A stretch of 64,000 nucleotides of DNA. It comes from Anthoceros angustus (lineage: Eukaryota; Plantae; Anthocerotophyta). The stretch is taken from positions 124,001 to 188,000 of the forward strand of contig MU008211.1 in NCBI GenBank assembly GCA_010909165.1, in the 5' to 3' direction. Numbering within the stretch: the stretch's first letter is position 1; every line of letters starts with the position of its first letter. Positions 37,301 to 50,700 of the stretch are shown piece by piece. The notes below the pieces were generated by a model. That model had not been told where the DNA came from, did no database searches, and worked only from the letters and a program-made list of their open reading frames with translations. The position numbers and the translations under genes were made by a program.

Positions 37301-40300
37301 GACTAGGTGGTGGACATTATGCAACAGTCACCACCAAGAAAATCTTGAGGTCGGGTAATCGTGGCCCACCATGTATGGGGAAACACACCAATTCGTGAAG
37401 AAGTGTGATGCTTGTCACGATCGGAAGCCGACGCCACAACACAATGGCCGTTAGTGCCCATACTAGCACTAGCGCCTTTTGAGAAGTGGGCATCGACTTT
37501 GGACCCATACCCACCACGAGGCACACACAAAAGCGGTACATCTTGGTGGCAACGACCATCGCACTGGTGGAAGCCGCTACTAGAACGGACTCGCGAGCAC
37601 GGTGGCCAAATTCCTCTACGAAACATCATCACAAGGTACGGGTGTCCGCTGTACCGGTGTTTATAGGGGAACCCATTTCCTCAATGATGTGATAACGCAA
37701 TGACGGACTATTTCGCATCACACATCGAAACGCCCCTACAACCAAGGCCAACGGATTGACGGAGAAGACCACTTATCCGCCGATCCTCAATAAGCTACGG
37801 TTAACTATGCGCACGATCGATACAAAGCTACCATCGCCATGGGCGCTCGTAACGGCAGAGAAGGTAACCACGCAGAACTCAGACATTTGGTCTATGGGCA
37901 CTCACCCGCTATGCCGAGAGTTTGAGGTGCCAACACTCCGGTCATGATGGAAAGGCGCTTAACGGATGAAGAGAGCCAACCGAGCGCTTTGCTAGGGTTT
38001 GTTCAAAGATACGGGGACCGGAAGAGGCGCAACAATAATGCAATCGGTATGTAATCAACGCAAGCCGTGGCATGATAGCGCCTTAGAATCGTGGAGTATG
38101 TGAAGGAGGGAGATCCCTCCTTACGATACCGCCATATATGCACTTCCTGTAAACTCCACCTACGATGGATGGGACCTTACCAAGTCGTATGTATACGCAA
38201 TGGGTCCGCTCACCGCTGATGGTGAACCGCCCACCGGTGAACGGTGGCGGTGAAAAGTACATGTTTAGTGTTGGCGAGACGCCAACAGTGAGAAGGGAGT
38301 ATGTGGACTACGGACTTCGGGGTTAGAAATTAGGTAGGGTTTTGTTTTTTGTAGGAGCGAAGGATAAAATGAGGCGGAAAAGGAGGAATAAGCATGGATA
38401 GCACTCCTGACGGACCGAGTATACTCCGACCGGAGTGAGGAACGACCTGACCTACTATGGCAGCCACGGTAACGGATAAGTCCGGACCCACCTGTGTCCA
38501 AACAGTGATAAGTACGCCAGGAAAGTAACTTAGAAGTTGAGCCGTGAGGATGACAGGCGGCGCCACGGACGCCCCGAGTGGAGGTCGGCATGCAGCCAGA
38601 CCGTGACCTGCTGGGGGCCGAGGCAGTATTCACGCCTGACCGCGGCGAAGGCCGAGTACGCGGGCGTAAGGCCGCAGGGAGGCGTAAGGTCACAAGCCAT
38701 GCGCACTGCGCTACGACAGGAAGAGGCGCCCGCCCCGTTACTCCCAAGGCGCGTCAAGGGGAAGGTCTCAGCACCTCGATACCCGCGCCCGCAACGGGCT
38801 ATCTCTTTGAGCGCCTGACCGAGCGGGTTCACCGCTGAGGTTAGCGAACGCGCGAGGAGGGCGATCGTGCCAACTCCGGCCGAGCCACAAGAACAAGGGA
38901 GGAGAAGGCGATGGCACCCAAAAGCTCATGGAAGTTTGGGAGCCATGGAACCTCGTGGAGAGCAACATTGTGACCCGCGCTATCCGGACTTTGGGCCCCG
39001 GGCCGAGGAAGCGGAGAATTGGTGCAGGAGTGGCATTTGGATGTGTTCCATGGTCCGACGCTCGACAGTTACCCGTCCGGAGTTCGCCCGAAGATGTTGG
39101 GCGGTCAACAAGGAGGTGCGGTCCAAGAACCTCCGGAGGACCCAAGGCGATGGACCTTGAGGTCCCGAGGCGGCCTACAACCGCCCAAAGGAGGAAGAAG
39201 GGGTGGTGCCGAGCCCCTCAAGGCGAAGGGGAAGATAGGGCCGCAATGCGATGCCGAGGCTCGACGCAGAGACCACCAACGGCTGGTTGATATCCGACCT
39301 GGATCCGAGTAAGGGCGGTAGCCCGATCATTGTCCATTGAACTCGCCACCAAGGTGGATCACCTTGGTGATAATGCTGGTATTCTCGCATGCGCCAGCTG
39401 GGAAGAAGAGGCGACTGGGAAGGATTATCTTCGCCTGCGGGCCAGAGGCCAAGCTCAGACCGAGAAGCCTCGCCATCCCCCCATACCGATCCATGTATGG
39501 GGACATTTCGAGCTCAAGGAAGGAGAGCTTGAGCGCGCCCGGAAAGGACTGAGGCCCCCGAAGTGGAGCTGCAAGGGCGCCGAGGTGGAGGCCGACGGCC
39601 AAACGACCCGGAGGAGGACGATCGAGGGATTCGACCCATACGCCCTGAACGGACCCCTCACCACCTGTGGAAGTATGGGAGGAAATCCCCCTCCTCCTCC
39701 TCGTGCCCCAACCGAGCAGCCAAGCAGCAGAGGCGCCCCGACCCAATAGCCCACCCACCACCACAACCACTACCGGAGCTCACGACCGGGGAACCAAAGA
39801 CGCACGCCACCAACGCGACCTCGTGAGCCAAGACTCACCCCGCCTACCTGAGTGGCAAGAAGGCGGAAGTGAAGGAGGGCGAAGGACGCCGCCTGTGGAG
39901 CAGGAGGACAACAGCCCACTCGAGCCGGCCCCTGCCTCCGGCAAAGGGCTTGCTCCCGACCCCTCACCTCCTCCGAGCCCTGTGGAGAAAAAGGGCGAGA
40001 AGGAGCTCGCGCCAAAAGGGCCAAGGAGGGTGAAGCTCCGAGCCAAAGACTGTGACCTAAGGGTCCCGATTATCCGGAGAACCCACCGACTTACTCCGGA
40101 CATGCGTATGGAGGTCCTCGGCGGATCGGAAATGCCGCCCCACTACGGACTTTGTGGGAGCCTCACAGGCCGTGGAAGAAACACGGCGGTCCTGCTACCA
40201 TCATGGATTCGGGGTCTCGGGATGGCCGAGAAGACCTGTGAGGTAGAAGCCACCCGAGGCGATGGTACCTCCGTGAGCAGCTTGGAGGGGCCCAGAGGGA

Positions 40301-42710
40301 AGGAAGGCCAAGCTCGGCCGATTGAGGAAGGGGAAACGCCGGAGGAGAGGGAGGTCCGTCCATCCGCAAGGACCGACTAAATTCCTTCACCGAGGAGCAA
40401 GGTGCTAAGGAGGCCCAAGCGGGCCGAGGACCTCAGCAGTGAGAGGGCGAGCGCAGCAGAGGCAAGAGGCCCAAGCGGAGAGGGCGGACGCGAGAGGCCC
40501 GACCAGACTGAGCTGTCGAGAGCCTGTGAAGGTGGCGGAGGCTAAGCCACGCGACCGCGATCACTATCCATCGATCGAACCGTGGAGGGAGGCCGAGAGA
40601 GCCACGCCAATCAAGGCCGAGCAGCAGAAGGAGCAAGCACGACGAGCAGAACACTGAGGCCAGACCGGAAATCGGGACCTGTGCAGCAGGAGGTAGAAGG
40701 GAGGCGTGGAGTGGAGGATGAAGGACACCTTGGAGTTACAACCCAAGACGCTGGAGCAAAGCAAGGGGTTCTCAACGAGAATCCAAGACTTCGAGGAGAT
40801 AGAGCGCCCTCAAGATGGAGCAGGAGGCGCGAGCAAGCGCGACCACCAGCCTGTGAAGTTCGCGACAAGGAGATGGAGGATCTCCACTCACGTGGAGGTG
40901 GAGCAAGAGGAGATGGAAGACCGCAAGGAGACTTTGAGTCGCAGCCCAAACTACCATTGAGAGGAATGGTAGTCTAGGACGGGTCGCGAACGCGAACGAA
41001 ATAGAGCGGCCCTGCTGACGGAGGCGACGGCGATGGAACAGGAGCAGGACGCCGAGATGGAGAAGGGCCCCGGAGCGGAGCTGCGACCGTCTGAGAGGAG
41101 ATGGCGGAGTTAATGCCGTAATGGACGAGGAGCACCGGAAGCGCATAAGAAGCCGTCCGCTTGAGGAAGGCGAAGGGGAACGCGCTATGGCCGGGTAAGC
41201 CGGGCAGGGAGAAGCGAGGAGTTGGAGTGGAGCAACAGCGGATGGAGGTGACCGATTCAAGGAAGCAGCCCGCCCGCCTATCAAACTCGGTGGGAGGTGG
41301 TCCAAGCGGCAAAGACGTCACCGAGCACATGGCAAGGGAGTATCGGTGCCCGCACACGTGGAAGAGGCAATCCAACAAGTGGATTCGGACTTTGCCTATT
41401 ACCACCGAGCCCCGGCGTGAGGCCTCTCACCACGCAACAGACGGACTCGGAAGGCCTGAGGGGAAGAAGGGCATGGGGACAAGACGGGACTCTAGGGGCC
41501 CCTGCTTGAGACGACGGCAGGGGGAGAAGAGCCTCAAGAGGAGCGAGACGCAACGGACCCTGTGGTAAGTTCACCAACCCCCCGGAGAAGGGAGGACGGC
41601 CCCAAGGGGCAGAGGAGCCAACCCGACCCAAGACAAGGGCCTGGGTAGGGATGAGGACCTAGCAAGACGAGGTCCACAGATAAGGGGTCCGGAGTTTGGG
41701 ACCGGACTGAATAAGTTCGACCGAGGTCCGAACCTGAGACGAGGCCGGACCCCAGACTGGAAATAAGACCTGACTGAGTTCAGACCGAGTCGAGACCGAC
41801 CTCGAGGTCCGACCGCAAGAAGGAGGAGCCCCTCGACTTACGCTTAGCAGAGAATGTGGCCCCACCGAGGGGACCCACGGGAGGCTGTGAGGATGACGTT
41901 GTGGTACGGCCGCCGACCGCCACGAGCCAACCCGATGTGATTCCGGAGAAAGGAGGGGTCCCCACGGATCATCCGATTGCGCGCCGAATCGTGACGGGAG
42001 ATTGACCACCAATCCCAAGGCGGAACCCGGACCTTCCCACCACCACCGACAAGGAGATAGGGGAGGAATAGGATGGTAGGCGTCGATTAGGTATAATAGC
42101 CGCCATCACCGTAATAGGTGTAATAAAGACGCCCGACTAGTATAAGAGGGCCGGGCCGCCCGAATAAATCATCTTTCTTGGTGTTGATTGATGCTGCTGC
42201 GCACTGTCTTCTTGCTAACGTGAGTCCCGAGTCACCGAAAGGTGCACGACCGGAGATTGATCGTGGTCCCGTGACGGACCTAACGTGTGGTGTGTGCAGG
42301 AGGGTGATCGGGACCGTGCTCGCCCAGAGCCGCCCCCCGAACGGACCGGAACGTGAGCCGGAGGGACTCGGAGGGCGGCAGAGCCGGACGGAGAGGCAAC
42401 GACGAGGAGGTCCGACTGTAACCCGCGCTGGCCTTTCCCTAAGACCGATAAGTGAGTGAGAGAGGAACGATTAGAGGTGAGTGACGAACGAACGATACGG
42501 ACGAACGGGTCCTTAAACGCTTGGCCATACCGGCCCGCGTGAACGCTATGGTAGTTAGACGAATCGATGAATGTGTGCGCTTGAGACCGAACGGACGCAG
42601 TAAGACGAGAATCGCCTGAACGCAAACGGAGCTCGCATTCCCTTGGGAACTACCTTCCTACAACGACACGGATTGTGCGCGCCTACCGGGTCACAACAAA
42701 GTCGCTACCA
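34330..42710 (+). mobile_element. 5'-truncated copy C of the same gypsy family as B, opposite orientation, ending in a 3' LTR
   Basis: Shares peptides with B: KERRQFKRKKNGDSP, VLDTG..NLI (~35031), RT at 35800-36500, RYTTTEREALGMVY, PLVPILALAPFEKW and a W.GPY motif near 38170. The LTR at 41844-42710 is the reverse complement of the B LTRs, with TATAA at 42141 and AATAAA at 42163. Confidence 0.85.
38520..41500 (+). CDS. Extra ORF after integrase (frameshifted), unknown function, C-terminal part charged/coiled-coil-like; homolog at ~22350-25350 on the minus strand in B
   Basis: Peptides shared by both copies: EWHLDVF, NKEVRSKNL.RT, KAMDL, TKVDHLGDN and WKRQS. Confidence 0.55.
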
Positions 42711-45700
42711 AGGGCCCTCTCGCCTAATAAGCCTTAGATAACTTAGCTTGTACCAATAAGCAACCCGTGATCTCTTGAGGCGAGATTCTTGTTCTCGCCA
42801 CGCCATTTTGTTGAGGAGTGTAGACAATCAGAAGTTGTTGAGCTATACCTTCACCGACAAAAATCCTCAAAAGAGAATGTAAACTCTCCACCATTGTCGA
42901 ACGTAAGGTCTTGAGTTTGTGATCCAGAAGTCTCTCACCCATTTCATGTAGTCCTTGAAGAAGTGAAAGGCATCACTCTTGTTTTTCGGGATGTAGGAAA
43001 AGACAAACGAGAGAAATCATCTGAAGGTCAAAAATATCTACTACCACTAAAGGAGGGTGTAGACAAGGGTCCACAAATGTCATGTGCACTATCTCTAAAG
43101 GTGACTTGGCCCTTTGTGGAGATTTATTTTGAAAGGCTCTTGATGTCGTTTAGTGAGGACACAAGATTCGCACCAAGGTAGGTGTTCAACCTTTGCAAGG
43201 CAAGGGTTCTATATAAAGCTCCCTTAGACATTTGGATTAATTTTGACTATTAGGATGACCAAGGCGACAATGCCAAAGCATGGTTTGGGTAGGTGTGGGG
43301 TTTGGAATGGCAACATTAGCGTAATGGGTGGCTCCCACTTGTACCGACAATCTATAGAGACCATCATCTAAAGTGCCCGTGCATTGTATAGTTTCTATCA
43401 CTTATGAAAGAGAGAAGACAACTATCGCATAAAGGATCACCGCAGAGTGTGTTCTTGACAAAGACTTGCATGATACTAGATTCTTGCACATTGAAGGAAC
43501 ATGGAGGACGTGATGAAGATGAAGAACGACCGAATCACACTTGAATACAATCAACCGACACCCGCAATGGGTAGGTTGTGATCATCTCTGAGGACAGATG
43601 ATGTCCTGGTCAGTGAGTAAGACTCAAAAGAGTTTCGTTGTAACAAATATGTGAAGTAGCTCCACTAAGTACCATGAGGTATTGGAGGGCTTGGAAGAAG
43701 CCAAGCACAGTGAGCACGCTGGAGTTGAGGAAGATTGTTTCTTCACGCAATGTTAGCTGTGGGGCCTCCTTCGAGGTTCCCCATTCTTCTTCTTACGACA
43801 ATCCTTTTCCATGTGATTTGGGATTCTCGCACCAATTACATATAATCCCGCCTTCTTGTTACCTCTTGCGGTGTTGAAGAAGATGCCTCTCCATCATGGA
43901 AAGTATGCGGATATGGGGTTGGAAAGTAGAACCTCCGCCTCCTCTTCCTCTACCCCTTTGTGAATACATCACCGCTGCTTGTTGGCTGGAGTGATGACGT
44001 CGCTTGCCTCCTCCGTAGCAATGCTCCAATAAGTTCGGAAACAACGATGTCCGGCTCTTCATTTGGATCTTCATCCGCAGCTTTTCCGACATTGCGAATC
44101 AGCATTTTGAGTTGTAATGAAAGCCCTATAAGAAGGTGGCAATGAAGATAAGAGAATGACGTAAGCCTCCATCTACGAGATAGGTACGCCATTGAAGATT
44201 CCAAATGGGATCGCCAATCGAAATGCATTAACATGATGTTCGATGGTGTCGGACTCCTTCATTGAGAGGTTGCAAGTTACGTGAAGTCGCAACAATACTC
44301 ATTACATCTCGAGATGAATATAATTGAGCAAGGTGAGTCCACATATCCTTGGAGGTCTTGCAGCGACATGTCTCACCATATGTTGAGAAAGTCCAGACCA
44401 ATAAATCTTGTGCCTTCTCGCCTCAAGGCCCCGAAGGTTGAAGTTCACGTTCAAATCGGGCGTGTGGCCTTGGAATTGATCCATCGACGATGCCCCAAAG
44501 GTCTCTTTGCCGCAAAGCTCCTCGCATTCTCAATGACCGATGTCATAATCCCTTCCATTGAATCTATCTTTCTCTTTGAATGTCACCATAATGATAATGC
44601 AATGAAGTGTTAGCATTATCATTACCCAATGGGGAATTAGGAACAGTTTGTTCTTCATTATTGATCACTCCAGCCATTGTAGGTGATTTAGAGGACTAGG
44701 CCTCGCCGCATCCTCATCTTCTATTGCACGCGAAACTCTTCTCTTGCATCATAATCTGATTCGGATGATGATAGCATGCTCTCAAATCTCTGCGCATTAT
44801 CAACCTTAGAGAGAATAGACAATTTTGTCCTTAATTCAGATAATTCTCCCTTAAGATCAAAGGATTGGATTCTAAGAGTTGCTAATTGACTATCAATTTC
44901 TTGAAATCTAAGAGTTTCTATGCTATTTTTGTCTTGCAGACTAGAAGATAAAGGAGTACTAATACCGATTCAAATTTGGGATATGTTGGAGAGCTAATTC
45001 TAATGCCTTGACGTGAATTGGACTAAAACTTCTAGCAAATCACGCCTAGCTAGCTTGATAAACTTCCCTTGATCCGGTTTAGAAATTAAAATAGATGCAA
45101 TGAAGTTTGCTATACAAGAGGAGGTTTCTTCTATCTCTCCTCTATAGCTTGTTGTCTTCTATTGCTTCTATGTGTTGGGCTCCTAATTTGTTCTTGTTGT
45201 CTTGGGACTACTTCTCTTCTTAACTCTATGCCTTCTCCTTCTAAGGGAACACAAATCCATGGAGGAAGGACAAAGAATTAGTGCATAAAAGCATTGTTAG
45301 AAGAGAAATGTTAGCATAAAAGAATGCATGCAAAGATAGCAATTCTAGGATAAACACAATCCATCTAGGCAAATGCTAGATTAGAAAGTGTCTCCTAGAT
45401 AAGCTACTTAGATGCATGAGGATGCACAGCAAACAAAGAGCAAGTGTGCTCGATACCATGATGAGAATCATACACAAGCTCAAGCAATATGTGTTGCATT
45501 ACATTCATAATAGAAAGTACATGCCTTTATGTAGGCAAGGTAGTTGTAACCAATAAGTGGTTGTAACAACTAACCAATTAAATAACTACTAAAAGAAACT
45601 ACCTAGAGCCCTAAGGACTAAATTAATTATTAAGTCCTAGGTGCCCTAGTGAAGAGTGCCCTAATAGTAAGCTATTTTATCAAATAGCTCTTAGGCAGAA

Positions 45701-45827
45701 GAGATACAATACAATGAATTGATTAAAGAGTAAAGTACAAGCCTTTATATAGGCTAAGTGGTTAGGTGGTTAGGTGGTTATAACAATATGTTGTTATAAC
45801 CACCAAGTTGTTGTAACTAATATAACA
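42711..45827 (-). mobile_element. Ty1/copia retrotransposon, 5' half only (LTR, PBS, gag, pre-integrase, part of integrase)
   Basis: LTR at 45459-45827 (TGTTA...TCA on minus). PBS TGGTATCGAGC at 45458-45448 (Met-i type, 1 nt short). Gag MKESDTIEHHVNAF..LSSLPPSY (~44130-44270), LWHCRLGHP (~43250-43280), and KTLRS..GIAQQL..YTPQQNGVA (42790-42915). Truncated at the LTR of C. Confidence 0.85.
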
Positions 45828-45840
45828 ACTAACTCCCCGA

Positions 45841-46783
45841 TTGGTGGACGCGGAAGGTACTGCTAGGGCTACCAGAACTCGCACGGATCACCCTCCTCGT
45901 ACACGCACCGTCATGACGGTTTGCCTTGCGCCCGCACAGTACGATCGCGCGCCCGGCCTTCTTCCGCTGCGTACCATCCGGGCATGGAAGCGCGCGCGAT
46001 TCGCAACCCGCCACGCGAAATACCGCGCTGCCAAGATGGTGCGCCAGCAAGACGCGATGTTCTCCTACCAGCAGAATTTGTCGATCCAATTTGATGCTAA
46101 ATTCGCCGTCAGGCCGCCTCCAACTCGATAGGAATCTCGGTGAAGATCAACAAAACGCCTATCCTTCTGCTGAAGATGAGGATGAATTCATGGTTGTCCA
46201 GACCCAATTGCATGGATCGGGTGTTGTTCTTCAACAACTTGATGCTCCTCCAAATAGTGGTGAGTTTGATAAATACCTAAATTTTGGTTTTATTAAATTA
46301 CCAAAAGAAAATGCTTGATGTTGCATATGCATTTTCTTAATGCATAAATGCTTATTGCCATAGGAGGTGGTGTCGATGATGATATCCCTTGCCGAGTGGA
46401 AGACCACAGAGGCCTCCCAGCTGACGGCGACCTTCGCCACTCCAGTGAGGATAGCAGGTCTTGATTCGATTTCGGAAGTACCCCAATATTCCTCCACCTG
46501 TGTCCACATATTCACCTGGTTACGACGACTTTGACGTCTTGTACTTGTTTTCTCTTGGGTTGCATGTAGTGGCAGGGCAAACCTCACATGGCTTGTGCCC
46601 ACACATTTATCTACATCTGCATAGAGGAAGAATCCGCCGAGGAGTCCGGAGATTCGATGAAGACCGATGTCACCTCCCGCCGAGCAGTTTGTGAGGGCAG
46701 CCCTAGCTGGAGGTCTCAACCTTGTGTTGATGGAGGATTTGAGGACGCCAATGGTGCCGACGCCCTCAACAAGCTTGTATCAG
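45841..46783 (+). pseudogene. Spliced gene fragment (acidic, low complexity) cut by the copia LTR and running into the macrosatellite
   Basis: Open frames separated by GT-AG introns of roughly 70-150 nt: donor gtgagt at ~46260, acceptor ccatag at ~46362, acceptor gcatag at ~46623, donor gtaagc at 46784, acceptor ttgtag at 46856. One frameshift near 46125. Confidence 0.45.
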
Positions 46784-47458
46784 GTAAGCCTGTTTGCATA
46801 GTTATGAAAACATAGAAACATAAGAACATGGTTTCTGATGGTGATTTCCATTGTAGCCCTTGCTGTGCTCCAAGCTGATGCGCGCCTTGCCACGCTCGTC
46901 ACTATGCAGGCATGGGCAACTACACTCGTGAACGAGATGCCTCCTATTGCTGGGTGTTCCCACTCCCTTAGTTTGAAAGATACCGCGCTTGTGGCTTAGG
47001 TAATTTTACGCTCCTTCAATAGGATAAATGAAGTGTCAAGGTAGGTGAGCTTGACCCGTAACGCCGATCGCGAAGAGTGGTGTCGTCCATTTCTAATGAG
47101 ATTGCGTTTTACTCAACTTCATATTTGTTGATATTGTCATGTATTTCATAAATGAGGACCATGACAATTACCAGCACCATTCCTCTATCCGTTGATGTGC
47201 ACATTAGGTTTCCACATCTTCTTCCATATGGAACGCGTTGTATGAGTTAACGTGTACCCGTTCCTTGGATTTCTCCTCCATTGGTTCACTATCAAGGCTA
47301 GCACTATGATATCGCGGATCCGGACTTGTCCAAGAACAATGGGGCAAATGCAGCGTTTGGCTTTTCAAGCTTTTATTAGATCTAGACATGGAGGCCAACT
47401 TGTACTGGATCAACTACTTATCACAATTATGAAAGCCGTGGAGGAAGGAAGGATTGTT

Positions 47459-47730
47459 CCTTGGTCCTCAAAATTCCATACCTCATAATTGAAGGAAACT
47501 CAAGGATCGTCCTTGGTCCTCGAAATTCCATACCTCATAATTGAAGGAAACTCAAGGATCGCTCCTTGGTCCTCAAAATTCCATACCTCATAATTGAAGG
47601 AAACTCAAGGATCGCTCCTTGGTCCTCGAAATTCCATACCTCATAATTGAAGGAAACTCAAGGATCGCCTTGGTCCTCAAAATTCCATACCTCATAATTG
47701 AAGGAAACTCAAGGATCGCTCCTTGGTCCT
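47459..47730. repeat. 53-bp minisatellite within the units (5 copies here; 1, 3, 3 and 2 in units 2-5)
   Basis: ccttggtcctc(a/g)aaattccatacctcataattgaaggaaactcaaggatcg(t/c)t, head to tail with no spacers. Confidence 0.9.
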
Positions 47731-50700
47731 CGAAATACCCAATAGTGTAGCTCGACTATAGATGTCCTCGAGATACCCAATAGTGTAGCTACTACATATG
47801 TCCCTCAATACCCAATAATGTAGCTCGACTATATATGTACTTCTTCGCCACTTCCACCTTCCAATTCGCTTTTAGTTCCTCGCCTCGACCCTTATGTCAG
47901 TCATAGGCACTCGAGATTACCCGCTGATAAAAGTAAAGTACACTCACTCCACGCAAGAGCTGGAAATTGCTAATGAACCACAACTCGCGTTGTCCGAATT
48001 GGTTCCGTAAACCAAGCTAGTAAGGTGTCCAATCACTAAGGATTGTTCATCCAAATGTCCTTTGAAATGAATCGCGTGGAGGATAGAGTAGGGGCTAAGC
48101 ACAAAGGACGTCCAAAAGGCTCCAAGAACAAGATGAAAGATTGCCGCACAACAAATGTTGCGAAGGACGCAAGAGTTCACAATGATGATGTACAAGAAGA
48201 TGACCAAGGCGTGATTCGATTTGCACAAGAGCTAGAGAAGAATGTGTCGGAAGTCCGAGAGGAACATGATTCAGTCGTAGGCATGTCTTTCCAACCATTG
48301 TCGGCGCCTAAGCGCAGCCGCGGACGTCCAAAAGGCTCAAAGAACAAGATGAAAGATTGCCGCACAACAAATGTTGCGAAGGACGCAAGAGTTCACAATG
48401 ATGATGTACAAGAAGATGACCTAGGCGTGATTCGATTTGCACAAGAGATAGAGAAGAATCATAAGTCCAAGATGAACATAAGTCGGTTATAAGCATGCCT
48501 TTCCAACCATCACCACTTGCCGGACGTCAAAAGGCTCAAAGAACAAGATGAAAGATTGCGCACAACAAATGTTGCGAAGGACACAAGAGTTCACAATGAT
48601 GATGTACAAGAAGATGACCAAGGCGTGATTCGATTTGCACAAGAGCTAGAAAAATCGTCCGAGATGAACATGAGTCGGTTATAAGCATGCCCAACCAACC
48701 ATCACGGCACCTAAGCGCGCGACGTCAAAAGGCTCAAAGAACAAGTTGAAGCATTGCACAACAAATGTTGCGAAGGACACAAGAGTTCACAATGATGATG
48801 TACAAGAAGATGACCAAGGCGTGATTCGATTTGCACAAGAGCTAGAGAAATCGCCAAGTCAGATGAACATGAGTCGGTTATAAGCATGCCTTTCCAACCA
48901 TCACTTGAGACCTACGCGCCGCGGACGTCAAAAGGCTCAAGAACAAGTTGAAGCATTGCCGCAACAAATGTTGCGAAGGTCGTGAGAGTCCGCAATGATC
49001 ATGTACAAGATGATGATCAAGATTTGATTCAATTTGCACAAGAGTTAGAGCAAGATCTCGGTCCAAGATGAACATGAGGTTAGAAGCAAGTCCATCCCAT
49101 CGCCACCAGCCTAAGCGCGCCGGACGTTCAAAGGGATAAAGAACAAGCAAGGATTGCCAAAAAATTTGAATGGATGTCGAGGTTGACAATGATCGACATG
49201 CGGAAGAACTCGAACATGAGCATGATCTAAACCGATTCGACAAGAATTAGTGCTGAATATGCTAGAAGCCCAAGATGAAGATGAGGTTATCCTACCTCGG
49301 CGATGATCATGTTGCTCGGAACGGATTTGGTTTGACCAATATGTTGCCAAAATTAGATCTGCACGATCTCTAGGCGCAAGAGAGAGCAAATAGAGGCAAT
49401 GAATCGGCGAGTCCACATGGAGTACATGTCCCAAAGCGCCAAAATGCGGACGGGATGCAAGGGAGCACCCTGGCGTCAAAGCTTCTCCTGCTTATGATCT
49501 TGTATTGTGTAGCAGTCACGGGGTTTAATTCTTATGGAGTCGCCATGGGTGGAAAGTCGTGTTGAGACTAACCTAGTGATTATAAAACATGTATTTGAGT
49601 GTCTAAAGGTACTAAACCCCAGGATAGCCACCATGTTTTAGGGTCTAGACTATCCTTTTCTTTTGTTTCAATAAATCAAAAACTTTTAGTTTAATTCAAT
49701 GCATCTCCAAGATTCGCCTAAAACGGTATGAAACCACTACCCATCATTCTCCTCCTCCTCCCTCCATGCCGAGCCAGCACCGAAACAAACGATGATGAGC
49801 CCGCACGCCTCCAAAACATGGTTCAGGTGTAGTCCACACCATCAAATGAGGTTTTTCAACCTGCGCTTCAACCACACTACTCCATTCTTGCGCGGCGGCA
49901 GTCGCACCTTTGCAAATTAGCTCACCATCACCGCCACGCACCTTGCACACGTGAGCAATCCAAACAATACATGCCTTTACTGCTTACACATTGATATGAT
50001 CATGAGCTCATAATTGGGTTGTGAGTTGCGCTTCCAATCCTCATAGCCCTCGGCGCTCCAAGCTGATCGCGCCTTGCCACGCTTCGTCACTATGCAGCAT
50101 GGGCACCTGTGAGCGAGATGCCTCCTATTCTTTGGGTGTTCCCACTCCTTGGTTTGAAAGATACCGCTTGTGGCTTAGGTAATTTTCGCTCCTTCAATAG
50201 GATAAATGAAGTGTCAAGGTAGGTGAGCTTGACCCTAACGCCGATCGCGAAGAGTGGTGTCGTCCATTTCTAATGAGATTGCGTTTTGCTCAACTTCATA
50301 TTTGTTGATATTGTCATGTATTTCATAAATGAGGACCATGACAATTACCAGCACCCATTCCTCTATCCGTTGATGTGCACATTACGGTTTCCACATCTTC
50401 TTCCATATGGAACGCGTTGTATGAGTTAACGGTGTACCCGTTCCTTGGATTTCTCCTCCATTGGTTCACTATCAAGGCTAGCACTATATGCGTATCGCGG
50501 ATCCGGACTTGTCCATTATCAATGGGGCAAACAAGCTCGTCGTTTGGCTTTTCAAGCTTTTTATTAGATCTAGACATGGAGGCCAACTTGTACCGGATCA
50601 ACTACTTATCACAATTATGAAAGCCAGGGAGGAAGGAAGAATTGTTCCTTGGTCCTCAAAATTCCATACCTCATAATTGAAGGAAACTCAAGGATCGTTC

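Noticed and set aside
21300-42700. Numerous 60-180 aa six-frame ORFs rich in P/R/S/G
   Set aside because: Shadow frames of GC-rich, frameshifted retroelement sequence; not independent genes.
45757-45785. GTGGTTAG x3 in the copia LTR as a telomeric repeat
   Set aside because: An 8-bp period with three copies inside an LTR; an ordinary U3 repeat.
45828-45840. GGGGAGTTAG just outside the copia LTR as a PPT, implying a shared LTR of tandem elements
   Set aside because: The sequence beyond looks like spliced exons with no RT/RNase H, so it is probably coincidental flank.
47459-47730. 53-bp and 39-bp repeats as a CRISPR-like array
   Set aside because: Head-to-tail with no unique spacers, no cas genes, and a eukaryotic context.
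49610-49650. TAAACCC and TTTAGGG motifs plus a short GGATAG/CTATCC hairpin and CTAG in each satellite unit as telomere seed or Helitron end
   Set aside because: Single motifs only. The CTAG is not followed by T and lies inside the hairpin, and no Rep/helicase is seen.
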